This document shows, piece after piece, positions 7,701 through 10,484 of a stretch of DNA of 10,484 nt. Every line of letters starts with the position of its first letter. Position 1 is the stretch's first letter. Origin of the DNA: Candidatus Hydrogenedentota bacterium (lineage in GTDB: Bacteria; Hydrogenedentota; Hydrogenedentia; Hydrogenedentales; SLHB01); NCBI GenBank assembly GCA_034408725.1, contig JAWXCN010000276.1, forward strand, positions 1 through 10,484, given 5' to 3'. The translations under genes and the position numbers were made by a program. Below the pieces are notes generated by a model, which did no database searches, was not told the origin of the DNA, and saw only the letters and a list, made by a program, of their open reading frames with translations.

Positions 7701-8162
7701 CGACAGATTTTCTTCAATGAAAAGATGGCGTGCTTCACTTGTCACGCAGTCGGCCAGGAAGGCGGCACGCTCGGCCCGGATTTGACGACTATCGGCGCGA
7801 TACGCTCCGGTCACGACCTGCTCGAGGCCATCCTGTTTCCGAATGCCAGTTTTGTGCCCGGCTACGATTCATATCTCATCACCGCGAAAGACCCGGACTA
7901 CGGCGGTACGGTCGATTTCTTAGGCGTGATCGGCGAAGACACTGCGGACGCAATTTTACTGCGGCAGAATGCGAAAGAATCGATCCGTATCGTGCGGTCG
8001 GATATCGAGTCGATGGCCATCGCGCCAAACTCGATCATGCCGCAGGGACTCGACACGGGCATGTCGCAGGAGCAGTTGATTGATTTGCTCGCGTTTCTGC
8101 AATCGTTGAATAATGAACAGTGGCTGCTTCCAGAGCGGAGGGAGACGGCCGCGGCGAAATGA
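4761..8162 (+). CDS. PVC-type heme-binding CxxCH protein (membrane-bound-dehydrogenase-like beta-propeller + HEAT repeats + cytochrome c), secreted; start uncertain
   Basis: Signal-like LRVLRVSVVSFLCVSLWLNAFA|EE (cleavage after A74 if the start is 4761). Family motifs LKVPEGFTVE, FDHKGRLFIAE, LEDTDHDGVFD, FEDTDGDGVAD, LHGPFLGPDG, GGFDNP, DFHPTDV, DTGGWY, RGAIYRI. HEAT repeats (VRREAASSLGRL). CFTCH at 7731-7745, GPDLT, SIMPQGL. ATG 4761 has AGGA 8 nt upstream; ATG 4797 is an alternative. Confidence 0.9.
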   Translation: MKIRGVESIFKSMLARNFFNADCRGGVRRHYCHFARNDNGGDCFSFLYVLRNLRVLRVSVVSFLCVSLWLNAFAEETVTGLAALKVPEGFTVEIAGPPEMSSYPMFMTFDHKGRLFIAESSGKNTKGKDTPKYPECMILMLEDTDHDGVFDKRTVFADKLSLPMGVLWYRGAIYCASPPDFFRFEDTDGDGVADKKEVLLTGWNVLNTASLHGPFLGPDGYMYLTHGRHGYDITSKEGVHYEGMASRIWRCKPDGTQLERFAGGGFDNPIELVWTDSGDMIGTMTYFTDPMNGQRDALMHWVEGGVYPKMEASTAEFIRTGDLMPVLTKFARIAPSGLMAYRSASFGQEFHGNLFSAQFNPHRVQRHVLTSHGSTGASYACADSDFLTSSDPDFHPTDVVEDADGSILVSDTGGWYVDACPVSRVSKPEVRGAIYRIRKTDAAKVDDSWGASLNWENPTLDDLMTRLGDTRLRVREHALERVVLEATNDDSKIGPLAASFEKAATRTGMLGDALLDIPDENGDTRAKMVENWNRTSGLASALGQIGSANARAALLKTGLGPRLPTLRQITAHLLGVCGTQESVASLVPLLTDIFPGVRREAASSLGRLRAKEAAAPLLRACTADNDRFVEHAIIYALIQIDHQDALLQALTVENWIARKAALIALDQLKSDKLTADHAIAFLNADSEDLRKTGLWIASRHPEWSGSVLALLDEKVNAEDFAPEDADPIRDVLLAYAKDAAVQEFMARVAGDESAPAARRVFMFDTIEKANIEPLPDGIVQAVGNSLQSADETIRYRAATLMGTRKLAQFDEQLFAIADNTGETPALRLSALGTVQARHPELTDPRYAFLLENLADAADPALRLSASRALGAAKLSGPQLETLAKEYLPKADALTFASLLEAFKNGSSESVGQSLVASLSTATISPNMIPGGLDALLASYPEPVKVAAAPLRAQVEAEDKARLEKLAEIEPLIGNGDVGRGRQIFFNEKMACFTCHAVGQEGGTLGPDLTTIGAIRSGHDLLEAILFPNASFVPGYDSYLITAKDPDYGGTVDFLGVIGEDTADAILLRQNAKESIRIVRSDIESMAIAPNSIMPQGLDTGMSQEQLIDLLAFLQSLNNEQWLLPERRETAAAK
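4822..4879. repeat. REP-like GGATTGCCGC...AATGACA segment containing a stem-loop
   Basis: ggattgccgcggcggc at 4823-4838. Hairpin attgtcatt (4852-4860) / aatgacaat (4869-4877) is a 9-bp perfect stem, extendable by G-T pairs to a 4-nt GCTC loop. Confidence 0.55.
4915..4967 (-). repeat. Right arm of the 29-bp inverted repeat (4915-4943) plus a related unit (4950-4967)
   Basis: atctccgtgttctccgtgtctccgtggtt is the reverse complement of 4581-4609. ctttgtgtgtctttgtgg is the reverse complement of ccacaaagacacacaaag, the same style of repeat. Confidence 0.9.
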
Positions 8163-8613
8163 CGCGCGGGGAGAAGCTACGATTAAGATTCGTGCATTCA
8201 ATTCGGATGATGAAGAAGCGGTCATTGTACTTTGGCGTGCGTGCGATTTGACGCGGCCTTGGAACGATCCGAAAAAGGACATTGAACGAAAGCTGGCCGT
8301 GCAGCCGGAACTTTTTCTGGTAGGTGAGCGGGACGGAGAGGTCGTTGCGACCGTGATGGCGGGTTACGACGGGCACCGGGGGTGGATAAACTACCTTGCT
8401 GTGAGACCGGATTTACGGCGCAGTGGGCTTGGCGCCGCAATCATGGGGGAAGTGGAGCGCCGCCTGGTTGCGCGCGGAGCGCCCAAGATAAACTTGCAGA
8501 TACGCAGTTCGAACAAGGATGTTGTGGCGTTTTATAGACAACTTGGATATGCGACGGATGACGTTGTGAGTATGGGAAAACGCCTCGTGGACGACGAGGC
8601 AATTAACCGGTAG
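8113..8613 (+). CDS. ypeA: GNAT-family acetyltransferase, YpeA-like; the conserved part begins near 8182
   Basis: Characteristic LW..CDLTRPWNDP..DIERK, VMAGYDGHRGWINYLAV, RRSGLG (acetyl-CoA motif A), PKINLQIR..N..VVAFY..LGY, SMGKRL. The only upstream in-frame ATG (8113) overlaps the previous gene by 50 nt. Confidence 0.85.
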   Translation: MNSGCFQSGGRRPRRNDARGEATIKIRAFNSDDEEAVIVLWRACDLTRPWNDPKKDIERKLAVQPELFLVGERDGEVVATVMAGYDGHRGWINYLAVRPDLRRSGLGAAIMGEVERRLVARGAPKINLQIRSSNKDVVAFYRQLGYATDDVVSMGKRLVDDEAINR

Positions 8614-8667
8614 AATATTCGTTTGGGCAATTTCACAAAACGGTGATCACTGGGAGGGTTGTTGGGT

Positions 8668-10011
8668 ATGAGGGAACGGGAAAAGAGCAAGGTGTCCGCG
8701 GGCGACACGCGCCTGGGCCGGCGCGATTTCCTGCAGCGATCCGCGATGATGACCGCGGCGGTGGCGGGTCCGATGATAGTTCCAGCGTCGGTGCTGGGAC
8801 TGGGTGGCAAGACCGCGCCGAGCAACCGCATCACAATGGGGTGCATTGGCGTCGGCAGCCAGGGCACGGGGAACATGCAGGGGTTTTTGAAGTTTTCGGA
8901 CGTGCAGGTCGTCGCCGTGGCGGATGTGGATCGCGGCCATCGCGACAACGCGAAGAGCATTGTAGACAAAACCTATGGCGACACAGGTTGCACTGGGTAC
9001 AACGACTTTCGTGAATTGTTGGATCGCGGCGACTTGGATACCGTTGCGTTGGCGTTGCCGGACCATTGGCACTCGATCCCCTCGATCATGGCGGCGCGCA
9101 AAGGCATTGATGTCTACGGCGAAAAGCCCTTGGCGCTAACGCTCAATGAAGGCAAGGCGATCGTCGACGCGGTGAACCGTTACAACATCGTATGGCAGAC
9201 GGGGAGTTGGCAGCGTTCGCAGTCGCATTTCTTACAAGCCGCCGAGCTCGTGCGCAACGGCATGGTCGGCGAGATTCATACGGTGAAAGTGGGTTTGCCG
9301 ACGGGTAGGCCGATCGAGCGGCAGACCGAACAACCCATCCCCGATGGGTTTGATTACGACTTCTGGCTTGGACCCGCTCCGGAAGTGCCGTACACTGAAC
9401 AACGCTGTCATTGGAACTGGCGCTGGATTCTCGATTATTCCGGTGGCCAGCTCACGGACTGGGTAGGCCACCACGGCGACATCGCCAACTGGGGCATGGG
9501 CACGGAGGATACCGGTCCGATCAGCATTGAGGGCCGCGGAATTTGGCCGGGCGATGGACTGTGGAACGCGTCGACCAGTTACTTTTTTGAATGCATCTTC
9601 GCGCCCAGCGCGAGCCCGGTCGCGCCGAAAGGCTTCCGCATGCAGGTCTCAAACCTGTTCCCGATGGGTACTAGGTTTGAAGGTGACAAGGGCATGGTGT
9701 TCTGTGATCGCGGCAGCACGTTGGTCACAGAGCCTGAAGCTTTGAAGACGCACCAGTTCGGTCCAAACGACGTGCGGTTGAAAAAGGCCGACAACCATGC
9801 GAGAGACTTTTTCGACTGCGTGCGCAGCCGCGAGAAGACGCTGGCGCCGGTGGGGCCCGCGCACCGGGCGATTAGTCTCGGGCAGTTGGGCAATATCGCG
9901 ATGCAACTCGAACGCAAGATCGTGTGGGACCCGGCGACGCAGACGTTCCCGAACGATCCCGAAGCAACACGCAAAATGCAGCGGGCGATGCGCGGCCCGT
10001 GGCACATATAA
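8668..10011 (+). CDS. Tat-exported Gfo/Idh/MocA-family NAD(P)-dependent oxidoreductase
   Basis: GGAGG at 8653-8657 precedes ATG 8668. Tat motif GRRDFL and IVPASVLG. Rossmann IGVGSQG, PDHWH, YGEKP, QTGSWQRS, DFWLGPAP, YSGGQLTDWVGHHGD, C-terminal MRGPW. Stop TAA 10009-10011. Confidence 0.92.
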   Translation: MREREKSKVSAGDTRLGRRDFLQRSAMMTAAVAGPMIVPASVLGLGGKTAPSNRITMGCIGVGSQGTGNMQGFLKFSDVQVVAVADVDRGHRDNAKSIVDKTYGDTGCTGYNDFRELLDRGDLDTVALALPDHWHSIPSIMAARKGIDVYGEKPLALTLNEGKAIVDAVNRYNIVWQTGSWQRSQSHFLQAAELVRNGMVGEIHTVKVGLPTGRPIERQTEQPIPDGFDYDFWLGPAPEVPYTEQRCHWNWRWILDYSGGQLTDWVGHHGDIANWGMGTEDTGPISIEGRGIWPGDGLWNASTSYFFECIFAPSASPVAPKGFRMQVSNLFPMGTRFEGDKGMVFCDRGSTLVTEPEALKTHQFGPNDVRLKKADNHARDFFDCVRSREKTLAPVGPAHRAISLGQLGNIAMQLERKIVWDPATQTFPNDPEATRKMQRAMRGPWHI

Positions 10012-10024
10012 GGAAACCTGAACG

Positions 10025-10484
10025 ATGAATCAGATCATAGCAAGCATGTCGGCGTCGCTTGGGGGCGCCGCATCCATAGAAGAAATGATTGGCAAGATTA
10101 AGACCTATAAACTTGGCGACGATCAGGGTCCGCTCAATAACATCGAGAGCGCCGCGCGCGAGAGCGTGGGCAACGAGGAATCGCGCAAGGCGATTGCCGC
10201 CGCATTGGTGGCGCTGCTGTCGTCGGACGCGACACGCGAAGCGAAGGTTTTCGCGAGCCGGCAATTGGTGATATGCGGCGGACCGGAGGTTGCGGCGGGC
10301 GTCGCGCCTTTGTTGTTGTCCATCGACACGTCAAGCTTTACGCGCTACGCGATTGAACAAATTCCCGGCGGCGAGATTGATGCCGTTTTGATCGGCGCGC
10401 TGAACAAGGCTGATGCTGCGTCGCAGGTTGGCATTGTGAATTCGCTCGGTGCGCGTAAGGCGGCATCGGCCGCGCCGGCGCTGG
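10025..10484 (+). CDS. HEAT/PBS-lyase-like repeat protein; 3'-partial (absent from ORF track)
   Basis: AAGGA at 10010-10014 precedes ATG 10025. Frame is open to the window end: MNQIIASMSASLGGAASIEEMIGKIKTYKLGDDQGPL...ATREAKVFASRQLVICGGPEVAAGVAPLL...TRYAIEQIPGGEIDAVLIGAL...VGIVNSLGARK. This is the HEAT pattern commonly found downstream of Gfo/Idh/MocA genes. Confidence 0.8.
   Translation, partial: MNQIIASMSASLGGAASIEEMIGKIKTYKLGDDQGPLNNIESAARESVGNEESRKAIAAALVALLSSDATREAKVFASRQLVICGGPEVAAGVAPLLLSIDTSSFTRYAIEQIPGGEIDAVLIGALNKADAASQVGIVNSLGARKAASAAPAL

Noticed and set aside
3034-8649. Shared GGTGATCA before both Tat genes (3034 and 8642) as a recombination site
   Set aside because: Only 8 bp and it matches the extended Shine-Dalgarno complement; there is no further similarity.
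232-10334. Numerous overlapping alternative-frame and antisense ORFs in the track (e.g. 5103-5876, 6062-6661, 4497-4694)
   Set aside because: They are shadow ORFs expected in GC-rich coding DNA, or translations of repeats (LRVLRVSVV), with no recognisable motifs.

Overview
GC-rich (~60% in sampled lines) bacterial window with all genes on the + strand. The gene families are typical of PVC-superphylum or Candidatus Hydrogenedentota-like organisms (inference). Gene order: (1) 5'-truncated PVC-type heme-binding (CxxCH) beta-propeller/HEAT protein; (2) low-GC (~43%) 225-aa orphan with a HEPN-like RxxxxH motif; (3) Tat-exported N,N-dimethylformamidase beta-subunit-like protein; (4) a 363-bp repeat-rich segment bounded by a perfect 29-bp inverted repeat; (5) a second, full-length PVC-type CxxCH protein whose signal peptide is encoded by the right arm of that repeat; (6) YpeA-like GNAT acetyltransferase with an anomalous start; (7) Tat-exported Gfo/Idh/MocA oxidoreductase; (8) 3'-truncated HEAT-repeat protein missing from the ORF track. 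Most notable: short ~9-nt-period repeats apparently co-opted as export signal peptides in two genes, a lone HEPN-like gene inserted in a catabolic operon, and a duplicated [cytochrome c protein]-[small accessory gene]-[Tat enzyme] layout. No rRNA, tRNA, CRISPR array or transposase seen.
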